A program made the translations under genes and the position numbers. DNA of 58,885 bases. Origin: an uncultured Butyricicoccus sp. (GTDB taxonomy: Bacteria; Bacillota; Clostridia; Oscillospirales; Butyricicoccaceae). The notes beneath the pieces were generated by a model. That model was not told where the DNA came from and made no database searches. It saw only the letters and a list, made by a program, of their open reading frames with translations. Positions within the stretch are counted from its first letter, which is position 1. Every line of letters starts with the position of its first letter. Shown one piece after another: positions 26,844 through 37,155 of this stretch. Where the stretch lies: the NCBI GenBank assembly GCA_964513445.1, contig CAZEMM010000002.1, positions 1 to 58,885 of the forward strand, written 5' to 3'.

Positions 26844-27298
26844 CGAACTTTGAAGAACAGGTAAATTTACTATATGATATGATTCAGGAAGCGCGCGGCG
26901 TGCCGCTGAATGCGGAAAAATGCATGCTGGATCGGGAACAGGCACTGGATATGCTGGATGAGATCCGCGCCAATCTGCCGACCGATTTGAAGATGGCGCG
27001 CGAGATCGTCGAGACGCGCAACGACCTGATCGCTTCCGGCAAGCGGGAGGCAGGCGAGCTGCGCAAAAAGGCGGAGGAGTATGTCCGCAAGGCGGTGTCC
27101 GAGAGCGCATTGGTTGCAGAAGCGCAGCAGCAGGCGGATACCATTGTTGCGGAGGCGGAGCAGCAGGCCAGACAGATTCGCGAGGCAGTCGCAGGCTACT
27201 GCGCCAGCAAGCTCAACGATACTGAGGCATGCGCCAACGCCATGCTGGACGAAATAAAAAAGTGCCGCGAACGGTTTGAGCAGGTCAAGCCGGAATAA
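26840..27298 (+). CDS. Conserved coiled-coil protein commonly found after coaD
   Basis: ATGA overlap with coaD; EARGVPL...LDEIRANLP followed by an Ala/Glu coiled coil. Confidence 0.75.
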   Translation: MTNFEEQVNLLYDMIQEARGVPLNAEKCMLDREQALDMLDEIRANLPTDLKMAREIVETRNDLIASGKREAGELRKKAEEYVRKAVSESALVAEAQQQADTIVAEAEQQARQIREAVAGYCASKLNDTEACANAMLDEIKKCRERFEQVKPE

Positions 27299-27317
27299 AC
27301 GTGCGGTCGTGTGATAT

Positions 27318-27362
27318 AAGGGGCAGGGAATGAAGCGATTTGTTCTCTGCCCTTTCTTTTTT
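27318..27362 (+). terminator. Intrinsic terminator
   Basis: GGGCAGGGAA...TTCTCTGCCC followed by a T-rich tract. Confidence 0.7.
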
Positions 27363-27463
27363 CGGTAGGCACAAATGAAACAAAACACATGTTCGTATTG
27401 TTTCGGTTTTTACATAAAATCAGAAAAAAGTCCGGATTTGGCTTAAAATAATCAAAGATGTCC

Positions 27464-27517
27464 TTGCATTTTACACAGGCACACCGTATAATAAAGATAT
27501 GGTGGGGGAGAGTGGAG
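27464..27517 (+). promoter_or_regulatory. dcw promoter with MraZ-binding repeats
   Basis: TTGCAT, 17 bp, TATAAT (27464-27492), then GTGGGG (27502) and GTGGAG (27512) at 10-bp periodicity, as in known MraZ boxes. Confidence 0.7.
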
Positions 27518-27561
27518 CAAAAGACCATAAAATCCCGCCTGATGGAGTGGAGGACACGAGC

Positions 27562-27975
27562 GTGAAGGGTGAGTACCAGCATACATTGGATGCAAAGGGT
27601 CGTCTGTTTATCCCGGCAAAGCTGCGGGAGGAGCTGGGCGATAGCTTTGTTGTGACCAAGGGGCTGGATAACTGCCTGTTTGTGTATCCGCGCGAGGCAT
27701 GGGAGACGCTGGAGAAAAAAATCGGACAGCTGCCGATGTCTCAAAACAAGGTCAGACGGTTTTTCCTGTCCTCTGCGATAGACGCCGCAGTGGATAAGCA
27801 GGGACGTATCGTCGTGCCGCCTGTACTGCGCGCTTACGCAGGACTGGAGCACGATGTGACCATCATTGGCATGCTCGACCGCGCGGAAATATGGGATCGG
27901 GCGGCGTGGGATGCCTACAACGGCAGCCTGGATGCACAGAGTGTGGCGCAGGCGATGGAATCGTTGGGATTTTAA
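27562..27975 (+). CDS. mraZ: Division/cell wall cluster repressor MraZ
   Basis: DAKGRLFIP and DKQGRIVVP repeats; GTG start after GGAGG. Confidence 0.95.
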   Translation: MKGEYQHTLDAKGRLFIPAKLREELGDSFVVTKGLDNCLFVYPREAWETLEKKIGQLPMSQNKVRRFFLSSAIDAAVDKQGRIVVPPVLRAYAGLEHDVTIIGMLDRAEIWDRAAWDAYNGSLDAQSVAQAMESLGF

Positions 27976-27997
27976 GCGGAGACGGAGGAAACGATAG

Positions 27998-28939
27998 ATG
28001 GCGTTTGAGCATGCTTCAATCCTACTCTCCGAATGTCTCGACAGCCTGCGAATCCGTCCGGACGGCACGTATCTAGATGCTACGCTGGGCGGCGCGGGTC
28101 ACTCGCTGCATATCGCGCAGCGGCTGACGACCGGACGGCTGATTGCTCTGGACCGCGATAATATGGCGCTGGAGCATGCAAAAGCCCGTTTGGCGGATGT
28201 GATGGATCGCGTGACACTGGTCAAGAGTGATTTCCGAAATTTGGACCGCGCGCTCGCACAGTGCGGCGTGCAGCAGGTGGACGGCATTTTGTTTGATTTA
28301 GGCGTGTCGTCCCCGCAGCTGGATATTGCGGAGCGCGGATTTTCATATATGCAGGACGCTCGTCTGGATATGCGCATGGATCAGACGCAGCAGCTTTCCG
28401 CCTATGAGGTGGTGAACGGGTGGGACACCGCGCAGCTGCGGCGAATTTTGCGCGAGTACGGCGAGGAACGCTATGCCCCGCAGATCGCGTCGGCAATCGA
28501 CAGAGAACGACGCAGACAGCCGATTGAAACGACAGTGCAGCTCGCGGATATTATACGGGCGGCGATGCCGCCGGCAGCGCGCCGTGAGAAGCAGCACCCG
28601 GCGAAGCGCAGCTTTCAGGCGATCCGCATTGCGGTCAATGATGAGCTGATGGCGGTCGAGGAGGCAATGGGACGCGCAATTGATGCGCTCGCGCCCAGTG
28701 GACGGCTTGCGGTCATTACCTTCCATTCGCTGGAGGACCGCATCGTCAAGTCGGCGTTTCGTGAGGCAGCGCAGGGCTGCACTTGTCCCAGAGATTTTCC
28801 GGTATGTATATGTGGGAAAAAAGCAAAGGTCAAGTTGGTGGCACGCAAGCCGATGCTGCCTTCTATGGAGGAGATCGCGCGCAACCCGCGGGCGCGCAGC
28901 GCGAAATTGAGAGTATGTGAACGGTTGCCGGAAGCGTAA
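27998..28939 (+). CDS. rsmH: 16S rRNA m4C1402 methyltransferase RsmH
   Basis: DATLGGAGHS, DLGVSSPQLD, FQAIRIAVN, FHSLEDR, NPRARSAKLR. Confidence 0.97.
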   Translation: MAFEHASILLSECLDSLRIRPDGTYLDATLGGAGHSLHIAQRLTTGRLIALDRDNMALEHAKARLADVMDRVTLVKSDFRNLDRALAQCGVQQVDGILFDLGVSSPQLDIAERGFSYMQDARLDMRMDQTQQLSAYEVVNGWDTAQLRRILREYGEERYAPQIASAIDRERRRQPIETTVQLADIIRAAMPPAARREKQHPAKRSFQAIRIAVNDELMAVEEAMGRAIDALAPSGRLAVITFHSLEDRIVKSAFREAAQGCTCPRDFPVCICGKKAKVKLVARKPMLPSMEEIARNPRARSAKLRVCERLPEA

Positions 28940-28954
28940 AGGGAGCGACAAAAA

Positions 28955-29434
28955 ATGACAACAACTACCGAGCGCGCAAAAACATCCCCGCGCGCAGTTG
29001 ATGATATAGAACGTAACAGACGTCGGAAAGAAAAACGGCAGCGTCGTTTGGCGTCCAGAAGGCGCATCATGCGTCGGCTGACGATAGCGGCGTTTATATG
29101 CCTGACTATTATTGTCGCCGGTACAACGGTGTTTTATTCCATTCAGCGCACCAAGCTGAGTGATGAGGTCGAGCAGAAAAAGGAGCAGCTGGCGCAGCTG
29201 AACAGCGAATATGTCTCGCTCAATGCGAAAAAGGATAGCGTGGTTGATTTGGATTATGTCGAGCAGTACGCGGAGAACGTACTCGGGCTGGTCAAGCTGG
29301 ATCGCAGCCAGCAGGAATATCTGGAGCTGGAAAAGACCGACCAGGTAGAGGTCTATGAGGGCAGCAACGGTGTGACAAAGCTGGTTTCCAACTTTGTAAA
29401 GAGTTTCAATGCGATCATGTCATTTTTACGTTAA
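28955..29434 (+). CDS. ftsL: FtsL-like cell division protein
   Basis: Basic N-terminus, single TM, coiled coil; lies between rsmH and the PBP gene. Confidence 0.65.
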   Translation: MTTTTERAKTSPRAVDDIERNRRRKEKRQRRLASRRRIMRRLTIAAFICLTIIVAGTTVFYSIQRTKLSDEVEQKKEQLAQLNSEYVSLNAKKDSVVDLDYVEQYAENVLGLVKLDRSQQEYLELEKTDQVEVYEGSNGVTKLVSNFVKSFNAIMSFLR

Positions 29435-29459
29435 ATGTGCGATATACATATAGAAGAAG

Positions 29460-29536
29460 TGGGAGTGAGAAGTGTGCAGTGCCTTCTGACTCCTATTTTT
29501 TGCATATTGACGATGAAATGCAATTACAAATATGAT
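29460..29536 (+). terminator. Internal terminator after ftsL, followed by a probable promoter for the PBP gene
   Basis: TGGGAGTGAGAAG...CTTCTGACTCCTA-TTTTTT (29460-29501); TTGACG, 18 bp, TATGAT (29507-29536). Confidence 0.55.
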
Positions 29537-29603
29537 ATAATACAAATGCATATATATTTTTTTAGAACACATCCGCGTGTTAACATGACAGGAGATTAGA
29601 TAG

Positions 29604-31922
29604 ATGGCAAGAAGACGACCGATAAAACCGAATAAGTCAATGAAAAGCCGATTGGCAGTGCTCATTGTGCTGTTTGCGGTGCTTGGCTTTCTTGTTGTCG
29701 GTGTGAAGCTGTTTTATTTGCAGATTGTCAATACGAAATTTTACCAGAGCAAGGCGGCGGAAAACCAGACAAAGGATTTGATCATCACGCCGACGCGCGG
29801 TACGATTTATGATCGCAATATGACGGAGCTGGCTGTGAGCGCGACGACGCAGGAGGTCAGCGTTGACCCGTCGGTCATTCGCGACCGCGGGAAAAATTCT
29901 GCGGAGAGCGAGACGTCTGATAGCGATGATGCGGAAGGCTCCGGCGAACAGTTGACCGCTGCAGAGGAGGCCGCGATACTGGATTATCAGCAGCGCGTAG
30001 CGAAGCTGCTGTCCGATAAGCTGCAGCTGGACTATGAAGAGACGCTCGAGAAGATTCAGAAGGAAGTATCCTATGTGCGCATTGCGCGCCGTGTCGAGGT
30101 GGATACGGCGGACGCGCTGATGACACAAGCGGAAGAGGAAGGCCTGAGCGGTATCTATTTGACAGCGGACTCCAAACGATACTATCGCTACGGCACATTT
30201 GCCTCACAGGTACTTGGCTTCACCAATGACGACAGCGAGGGCTTGTATGGCATCGAGCTGCAATATAATGATGTGCTCAAGGGCGTCGCGGGCCGCGTGG
30301 TGAAGACGACGACCGCACAGCAGACGGATATGCCGTACGAATACGAAAAATATGTGGAGGAGCAGGACGGCGACGGCGTTGTGACGACGCTGGACGAGGG
30401 TGTGCAGCATTATGTCGAAAAGCACGCGGAGGAGGCGCTCGAGGATAACGATGCCAAGCAGGGCGTCTGTGCCATTGTAATGGAAATCAAAACCGGCGAG
30501 ATTTTGGCGATGACTACAAAGCCGGACTTTGACCTCAACGATCCGCGCACGATTCCGGAGGAATATACCTCGCTGCTGTCGGAGCTGGACGATCTGGAGG
30601 ACGAGGAGTACAGCAGCAAATACAGTGAGATTTTGCTGCGCCTATGGCGCAACAAGGCGATCAACGATACGTATGAGCCCGGCTCGACATTCAAAATTTT
30701 TACGGTTTCTTCGTCGCTGGAGGCGGGCATCGTCAATGAGGAGAGCACCTTCACCTGCGGCGGCTCGAAGCTCGTTGCGGATACCACGATCAGATGCTGG
30801 AAGGAAGGCGGTCATGGCACGCAGATTTTGCGCGACACGCTTGCCAATTCATGCAACGTTGCGATGATGGACATCAGCGCAGCGCTCGGCACGGATCTGT
30901 TCCGCAAATACTTTGAGGCCTACGGCATGCTGGAAAAGACCGGCATTGACCTGCCCGGCGAAGCGAACGGTATCTTTTTTGATGAAATGGGCGAGGTTGA
31001 TCTCGCGACGGCATCGTTTGGTCAGAACTTCCAGGTTACGCCGCTGCAGGAGCTTTGCATGATCGCAGCTGCGTGCAACGGCGGCAAGCTGGTGACACCG
31101 CATATCGTGCGCGAAATCGTGGACGCGGAGGGCAACGTCAAGGAAACGGTCGCGACGGAGACCAAGCGCCAAGTCATCTCGAAGGAAGTCAGCGAGATCA
31201 TGTGCACGTATCTGGAAAATGTCGTATCCAACGGCACCGGCCTGAACGCATATGTCGCGGGCTATCGCGTCGGAGGAAAGACGGCGACATCGCAAAAGCA
31301 GCCGAAGAGCGATGACTCGCTGCGCATTGCCTCATTTGTCGGTGTTGCACCGATGGATGACCCGCAGTATGCCGTGCTTGTCATGATTGATGAGCCGCAG
31401 GGCAGCATTAAGGGCGGCGGCGCAATCGCGGCTCCGGTTGTGGGCAGGATTTTCGAGGATATTTTGCCGTATCTCGGTGTGGAGGCTATTTACTCTGAGG
31501 AGGAAGAGGCACGGCAGGAGATCACTGTTCCGACGCTGACCGGCAAAACGTTGGAGGAGGCGCAGTCGATGCTCGACGCGCTCGGCCTGGATTACACGGT
31601 GAAGGGCGACGGCGATACGGTGACCGACCAGATGCCGGTAGCCAGCATCTCGATTCAGCCTGCGAATAAGGTCGTGTTGTATTGCGGAGAGACGAAGTCT
31701 GTGGATAAACAAGAGGTTCCGGACGTCAGCGGCATGAATGTTGACGAAGCACGGCAGCAGCTGGAAGATTACGGATTTTATATGAAACAAAACGGTGTGG
31801 CGGATTGGCGAACCACTGAGTCGTCGATCGCGCTGTCGCAAAGTCCGGCTGCGGGCAGTATGGTATCTCCCGGCTCGGTTGTCACGGTGGCCTTTGGCAA
31901 TAGCGTGACCAGTCAGGAATAA
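29604..31922 (+). CDS. Class B penicillin-binding protein (FtsI/SpoVD type) with two PASTA domains
   Basis: RGTIYDRN, YEPGSTFK (SxxK), SCN, KTATSQK, C-terminal VPTLTG and VPDVSG PASTA repeats. Confidence 0.93.
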   Translation: MARRRPIKPNKSMKSRLAVLIVLFAVLGFLVVGVKLFYLQIVNTKFYQSKAAENQTKDLIITPTRGTIYDRNMTELAVSATTQEVSVDPSVIRDRGKNSAESETSDSDDAEGSGEQLTAAEEAAILDYQQRVAKLLSDKLQLDYEETLEKIQKEVSYVRIARRVEVDTADALMTQAEEEGLSGIYLTADSKRYYRYGTFASQVLGFTNDDSEGLYGIELQYNDVLKGVAGRVVKTTTAQQTDMPYEYEKYVEEQDGDGVVTTLDEGVQHYVEKHAEEALEDNDAKQGVCAIVMEIKTGEILAMTTKPDFDLNDPRTIPEEYTSLLSELDDLEDEEYSSKYSEILLRLWRNKAINDTYEPGSTFKIFTVSSSLEAGIVNEESTFTCGGSKLVADTTIRCWKEGGHGTQILRDTLANSCNVAMMDISAALGTDLFRKYFEAYGMLEKTGIDLPGEANGIFFDEMGEVDLATASFGQNFQVTPLQELCMIAAACNGGKLVTPHIVREIVDAEGNVKETVATETKRQVISKEVSEIMCTYLENVVSNGTGLNAYVAGYRVGGKTATSQKQPKSDDSLRIASFVGVAPMDDPQYAVLVMIDEPQGSIKGGGAIAAPVVGRIFEDILPYLGVEAIYSEEEEARQEITVPTLTGKTLEEAQSMLDALGLDYTVKGDGDTVTDQMPVASISIQPANKVVLYCGETKSVDKQEVPDVSGMNVDEARQQLEDYGFYMKQNGVADWRTTESSIALSQSPAAGSMVSPGSVVTVAFGNSVTSQE

Positions 31923-31937
31923 AAAGGAGGATGTAGC

Positions 31938-33386
31938 ATGAAGCTTGATCAGGTTTTGGATGGCGTCGAAATATGTGAGCGGACGGCATCTGGCAATATG
32001 GAAATCGGTGAGCTGCGATATGATTCCCGTCAGGTCGGAGCGGGTGATGTTTTTGTAGCAATCACTGGATTTGAAACGGACGGACACCGCTATATTGACA
32101 AGGCGATTGCGGGCGGCGTACGTGTTGTTGTTTGTGAATATATTCCGGAGGGCGGCATTGCCGTGCCATATGTGCGTGTACCGTCCTCCCGCCGCGCACT
32201 GGCGCAGATGGCGGCAAATTATTTTGGCCATCCCGCCGGTGCAATGAAGATGATCGGTATCACTGGCACCAACGGCAAGACTACGACGTCCTATCTTATA
32301 AAAACCATACTGGAAGCGGCCGGCTATCGAGTTGGACTGATCGGAACCAATCAGAACATGATCGGCGAGGAGATCCTGCCGACCGAGCGCACAACGCCGG
32401 AGTCATTTGAGCTGCAAAAGCTGTTTTGTGAGATGAAGGATGCGGGCTGCACGCATGTGCTGATGGAGGTATCCTCCCATTCGCTGGCACTCGACCGCGT
32501 ATACGGCATTCGCTTTGCCGTCGGCGCGTTTACCAATCTGACGCAGGATCATTTGGATTTCCATAAGACGATGGAAAGCTACCGCGCGGCAAAGGCTCTG
32601 CTGTTCCACCAGAGCGAGGTCGGCGTAATGAACGCGGACGACGCGGACGGACGCGTTATTTTGGCGGAGGGAGCATGTCCGTTTTTGACATATGGCGAGT
32701 CGGCAGACTGCGATGTGTACGCGACGGATATTCAGCTGCACGCGGATCGCATCCAATTTACCTGTAACATGCAGGGGGAGGTTGTGCCGGTCGAGCTGGG
32801 CATCCCGGGACAATTTACAGTATATAACGCCCTGTGCGCGCTGGCCTGCGCCAAGCAGCTGGGGATTCCACTCCGGCAGGCGGCGGCTGCGCTGCGCATG
32901 GCGCATGGCGTCAAGGGACGTGTCGAGGTTGTCCCGACGGGCACGGATTATACCGTGCTCATCGACTATGCGCATTCGCCGGATGGCGTGGAAAACGTCC
33001 TGCGCGCGGCGCGCGGTTTTACCAAGGGGCGTCTGATCGGCTTGTTTGGCTGTGGCGGCGACCGTGACCGCACCAAGCGTCCAAAGATGGGCGCGATTGC
33101 GGCCCAGCTGTCCGATCTGTGCATTGTCACGTCGGATAATCCGCGCACCGAGAAGCCGGAGGCGATTATTGATGATATTTTGGAGGGCATGCACGACACC
33201 GAGACACCGTACGAGGTCATTGTCAACCGTCCGGAGGCGATCTGGCACGCGATGGACATTGCGCGCGCAGGCGACACCATTGTGCTGATGGGCAAGGGGC
33301 ATGAGACCTATCAGGAGATCAATCATGTCAAGCATCATTTGGATGAGCGCGAGGTCGTGGCAGAATATTTTGAGAGAAAAAGATAA
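31938..33386 (+). CDS. murE: UDP-MurNAc-tripeptide synthetase (meso-DAP type)
   Basis: GITGTNGKTT, MEVSSH, DHLDFH, DYAH, DNPR. Confidence 0.96.
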   Translation: MKLDQVLDGVEICERTASGNMEIGELRYDSRQVGAGDVFVAITGFETDGHRYIDKAIAGGVRVVVCEYIPEGGIAVPYVRVPSSRRALAQMAANYFGHPAGAMKMIGITGTNGKTTTSYLIKTILEAAGYRVGLIGTNQNMIGEEILPTERTTPESFELQKLFCEMKDAGCTHVLMEVSSHSLALDRVYGIRFAVGAFTNLTQDHLDFHKTMESYRAAKALLFHQSEVGVMNADDADGRVILAEGACPFLTYGESADCDVYATDIQLHADRIQFTCNMQGEVVPVELGIPGQFTVYNALCALACAKQLGIPLRQAAAALRMAHGVKGRVEVVPTGTDYTVLIDYAHSPDGVENVLRAARGFTKGRLIGLFGCGGDRDRTKRPKMGAIAAQLSDLCIVTSDNPRTEKPEAIIDDILEGMHDTETPYEVIVNRPEAIWHAMDIARAGDTIVLMGKGHETYQEINHVKHHLDEREVVAEYFERKR

Positions 33387-33401
33387 CGTAGGAGAGAGAC
33401 T

Positions 33402-34760
33402 ATGAAAACGCTCACTGCGGCGCAGGCCGCACAGATGGTGAACGGAACGCTCATCGGAGACGGCAGCGTAACATTTCATGCGGTGTCCACCGATACCCGT
33501 TCGATTCCGGCGGACAGCTTGTTTATCCCGATTCGAGGAGAACGGTTTGACGGACATGATTTTTTGCAAAAGGCGGCAGAAATGGGCGCATCAGTCGTGA
33601 TGTCGGAGCGCGATGTGGATATAGAGATACCGGTTATCCGCGTGGACGATACCAGAGCCGCACTGCTGGCGCTGTCCGGCGCATATCGCGCGCTGTTTGA
33701 CATTCCGGTCGTCGGCATCACAGGTTCGGTCGGCAAGACAACCACCAAAGAGATGACCGCTTCGGTTCTGACACAGAAATTTTGCACGATGTATACGCAG
33801 GGCAATTTAAATAACGAGATCGGTATGCCGCTGACGCTGTTCCGTATGGACGAGGAGACGGAGGCCGCTGTCATCGAGATGGGCATGTCCAATTATAAGG
33901 AGATTTCCCGCATGACGGCGCAAGCCAGACCGAATATCGCAATCATCACCAACATCGGTACGGCGCACATTGAATTTCTCGGCTCGGTCGAAGGCATCCG
34001 CGACGCGAAGCTGGAGATTTTGGAGGGCTTACAGCCGAACGGGGTCGCTTTGTTAAACGGTGATGAGCCGCTGCTATGGTGCAAACGCGATACGCTTGGC
34101 GTCCGCATCCTGTTTTTCGGTATAGATAATCCGGCATGTGACGTGCGTGCGGAACACATCGTGCTACATGACGACAATACACAGTGCGCGATTCGCTGCG
34201 CAGAGCGAAAATTCGACGTGACGATTGGCGCACCGGGCAAGCATAACGTTTATAATGCGCTGGCTGCTGCTGCTGCGGGACTTTGTCTCGGCTTGATGCC
34301 GGAACAGATCGACGCAGGACTGGCGCACTTCCATGATGTGCATCAGACAATCACGCAGGAGGATGGCCTGACCATCATCGATGCATGCTACAACGCCAGT
34401 CCGGACGCGGTTGAGGCGTCGCTGGATATGCTGCGCGGGCTGTCCGTTGACGGGCGGCGGTTTGCGGTGCTTGGCGGTATGCGCGAGCTGGGCAGCTATG
34501 CGGCGGAGGGACACCGGCGCTGCGGACGCAAGGCGGCTGCCTGCGCGGATTTCCTGTATTGCTATGGCGACGGCGCGGAGGACTACCGCGCAGGTGCGGT
34601 TGAGGCAGGCATGCCGGATGGGAACATCCACATCCTGCACTCGCATGAGGGTATTGCGGGCGCACTCAAGCGTGCGGTAAGGCGGGGCGACGCCCTGCTG
34701 TTCAAGGGCAGCCGCTATTGGAAGATGGAAAAGGCGCTTGCGCTGTTTCGTGATAGATAA
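33402..34760 (+). CDS. murF: UDP-MurNAc-tripeptide--D-Ala-D-Ala ligase
   Basis: FDGHDF, ITGSVGKTTTKE, NLNNEIG, EMGM, YNASP, KGSR. Confidence 0.93.
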   Translation: MKTLTAAQAAQMVNGTLIGDGSVTFHAVSTDTRSIPADSLFIPIRGERFDGHDFLQKAAEMGASVVMSERDVDIEIPVIRVDDTRAALLALSGAYRALFDIPVVGITGSVGKTTTKEMTASVLTQKFCTMYTQGNLNNEIGMPLTLFRMDEETEAAVIEMGMSNYKEISRMTAQARPNIAIITNIGTAHIEFLGSVEGIRDAKLEILEGLQPNGVALLNGDEPLLWCKRDTLGVRILFFGIDNPACDVRAEHIVLHDDNTQCAIRCAERKFDVTIGAPGKHNVYNALAAAAAGLCLGLMPEQIDAGLAHFHDVHQTITQEDGLTIIDACYNASPDAVEASLDMLRGLSVDGRRFAVLGGMRELGSYAAEGHRRCGRKAAACADFLYCYGDGAEDYRAGAVEAGMPDGNIHILHSHEGIAGALKRAVRRGDALLFKGSRYWKMEKALALFRDR

Positions 34761-34805
34761 AACGGCAGCAACAGTTAAAAACAAAGAAAACGAGGGATTT
34801 CGTAT

Positions 34806-35864
34806 ATGATTTCGTACATGTCGAAGGTGATTGCGATCTCAGTTATCGCGTCATTTCTGCTGACGGCGGCAATTGGGCCGGGTCTGATTCAATATCTGAG
34901 AAACATGCATTTCGGACAAAAGATCCTGTCCTACGTGCCGGAGCACGCCGGCAAACAGAATACGCCGACGATGGGCGGATTTATGTTCATCATCAGCATT
35001 ACCGTCGTCACACTGGCCGTCGGCCTGACGCTTGCGCGTCCGTTCAGCGTGCAGTCGGTAACTGTGCTCGCGCTGTCGCTGTGTTATGGCGCCATTGGCT
35101 TCATCGATGACCGCACGAAGATTCGCAAGGCGGAAAACGAGGGCTTGACGTCGGCGCAAAAATTTGTGCTTCAGCTTGTGCTCGCGCTGGTATTTTTGAC
35201 GGTGCTGCACATCGGCGGTTATTTGCGGGCCAGCCTGTATATCCCATTTATCAATATTTCCATTGCGCTGCCGTGGTTACTCTATCTGGTTATCGCCGCG
35301 TTCATTGTAGTCGGCTGCAACAATGCGGTCAATCTGACCGATGGGATTGACGGCCTGGCGGCAGGCGTCACAGTGCCGGTTGCGATTTATTTTATCGTCA
35401 TCGGCGCGGTCTCCGGCAATATGCCGGTCGTCGTATTCGCCTCCGCGCTTGCGGGCGCGCTGGTCGGATTTTTGATTTTCAATTTCAATCCGGCGAAGGT
35501 ATTTATGGGAGACACCGGCTCGCTGTTTCTCGGCGGCGCGGTTGCCGGTTTGGCCTTTGCCTGCGACCAGCCGCTCATTCTGGCGCTGGTCGGTCTGATC
35601 TATGTCATCGAGACGCTCTCTGACATTGCACAGGTGGCATATTACAAAAAGACAAAAAAGCCGGTGCTGGATGCGAACGGCAATCCCGTTCGCGATGCGA
35701 AGGGCAACATCAAAATGGAGGGCAAACGTATTTTCAAAAAGGCGCCGATCCATCACCATTTTCAGCTGTGCGGCTGGAGTGAAAGGAAGATCGTGCTGGT
35801 CTTTGCAGGCGTTACGGCGCTGATGTGCATTTTGGCATATTTTGGCGTTGCACCGCGCTATTGA
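34806..35864 (+). CDS. mraY: Phospho-N-acetylmuramoyl-pentapeptide transferase
   Basis: TPTMGG, GFIDD, NAVNLTDGIDGLA, FMGDTGS, APIHHHF. Confidence 0.96.
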   Translation: MISYMSKVIAISVIASFLLTAAIGPGLIQYLRNMHFGQKILSYVPEHAGKQNTPTMGGFMFIISITVVTLAVGLTLARPFSVQSVTVLALSLCYGAIGFIDDRTKIRKAENEGLTSAQKFVLQLVLALVFLTVLHIGGYLRASLYIPFINISIALPWLLYLVIAAFIVVGCNNAVNLTDGIDGLAAGVTVPVAIYFIVIGAVSGNMPVVVFASALAGALVGFLIFNFNPAKVFMGDTGSLFLGGAVAGLAFACDQPLILALVGLIYVIETLSDIAQVAYYKKTKKPVLDANGNPVRDAKGNIKMEGKRIFKKAPIHHHFQLCGWSERKIVLVFAGVTALMCILAYFGVAPRY

Positions 35865-35893
35865 TATAACGCATTTCAGGAAGGGAAACGGAG

Positions 35894-37120
35894 GTGAGTC
35901 CCCTGCCCGCAGTATCAGGTTTAAGCAAACGACGCGGCAGTGCGCCGCGCGTAAACACAAAGCAAAAGAAAAAGGCATATGGAATCCGCCTGCCGCGGTC
36001 TGTCAAACAGCTGATGCAGGACGAGACGGTTGGCACGGTGGATACGCCGATGATCGTCATCACAGTCATGCTGCTCATCATCGGTTTGATTGCGCTGCTT
36101 TCTGCAAGCTATCCGGAGGGGTACTACAGCAGCAGCGAAAAGATCGGCCCGTTTTACTATTTTAGCAGGCAGCTGCTATTCGCTGTTTTCGGACTGCTGT
36201 GCATGACGGTGGTCTCCCGCATTTCGTATAAAAAATACCGCGTATGGTCGCGTGGGCTTTATCTGCTCTCAACCGTGCTGCTGATCCTCGTCCTGACGCC
36301 GCTGGGCACAACGCTCAATCGTTCACGGCGCTGGCTGTTTGGCTTCCAGCCGTCGGAAATCGCAAAGCTCGCGATTATCATTCTGTTTTCCGCTATGGCG
36401 AGTCGTGATCCCAAGAGCGTGCGGTCAATGAAGGGACTGCTGACCTACGCCGGATTGCTTGCAATCTTTATTGGACTGCTAGCAAAGGAGCCGCATATGT
36501 CCGCCGCCATGATTCTGGTCGTGATTGGATTTGCCATCCTGTTTGTCGCGGGCATGCACGTGCGATTTCTTATTCCGGTGGGAGTTGTTGGTGTCGTCAT
36601 TATGATTGCGTCCTATATGCTTTTCAATCATGTACAGGAACGCTTTAATGTCTTCCTTGATCCGTTTTCCGATGCGATGGGGGACGGCTGGCAGGCCTGT
36701 CAGTCGCTCATCGCCATCGGCTCGGGCGGCCTGTTTGGACTGGGGCTGGGACAGAGCAGACAGAAGTTTTTGTATCTGCCGGAGCCGATGAATGATTTTA
36801 TCTTCTCGGTTGTCTGTGAGGAGCTGGGCTTTATCGGCGCGGCGCTCATTCTCGTGCTGTTTGCGTACTTTGTCTATCGCGGCTTTACGATCGCACAGCG
36901 TGCGCCGGATCGCTTTTCCTGCCTTATGGCAACCGGAATCACGATGCAGTTTGCGTTTCAGATTCTGCTCAATCTGGCGGTTGTATCCGGACTGTTCCCG
37001 GTTACGGGCGCGTCGCTTCCGCTCTTTAGCTACGGCGGCACGGCGCTTGTCATGCAGCTGGTGGAGATCGGTATTTTACTCAATATTTCTCGAAACATCC
37101 CGCCGTCCAAAAAGGAATGA
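35894..37120 (+). CDS. ftsW: SEDS peptidoglycan glycosyltransferase FtsW/SpoVE
   Basis: RRW, FQPSEIAK, IGSGGLFGLG, LPEPMNDFIF, EELG, LPLFSYGGT. Confidence 0.92.
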   Translation: MSPLPAVSGLSKRRGSAPRVNTKQKKKAYGIRLPRSVKQLMQDETVGTVDTPMIVITVMLLIIGLIALLSASYPEGYYSSSEKIGPFYYFSRQLLFAVFGLLCMTVVSRISYKKYRVWSRGLYLLSTVLLILVLTPLGTTLNRSRRWLFGFQPSEIAKLAIIILFSAMASRDPKSVRSMKGLLTYAGLLAIFIGLLAKEPHMSAAMILVVIGFAILFVAGMHVRFLIPVGVVGVVIMIASYMLFNHVQERFNVFLDPFSDAMGDGWQACQSLIAIGSGGLFGLGLGQSRQKFLYLPEPMNDFIFSVVCEELGFIGAALILVLFAYFVYRGFTIAQRAPDRFSCLMATGITMQFAFQILLNLAVVSGLFPVTGASLPLFSYGGTALVMQLVEIGILLNISRNIPPSKKE

Positions 37121-37155
37121 CGGTGTTTGAATCCTTTGTAAAGGGGCGTATAGGT

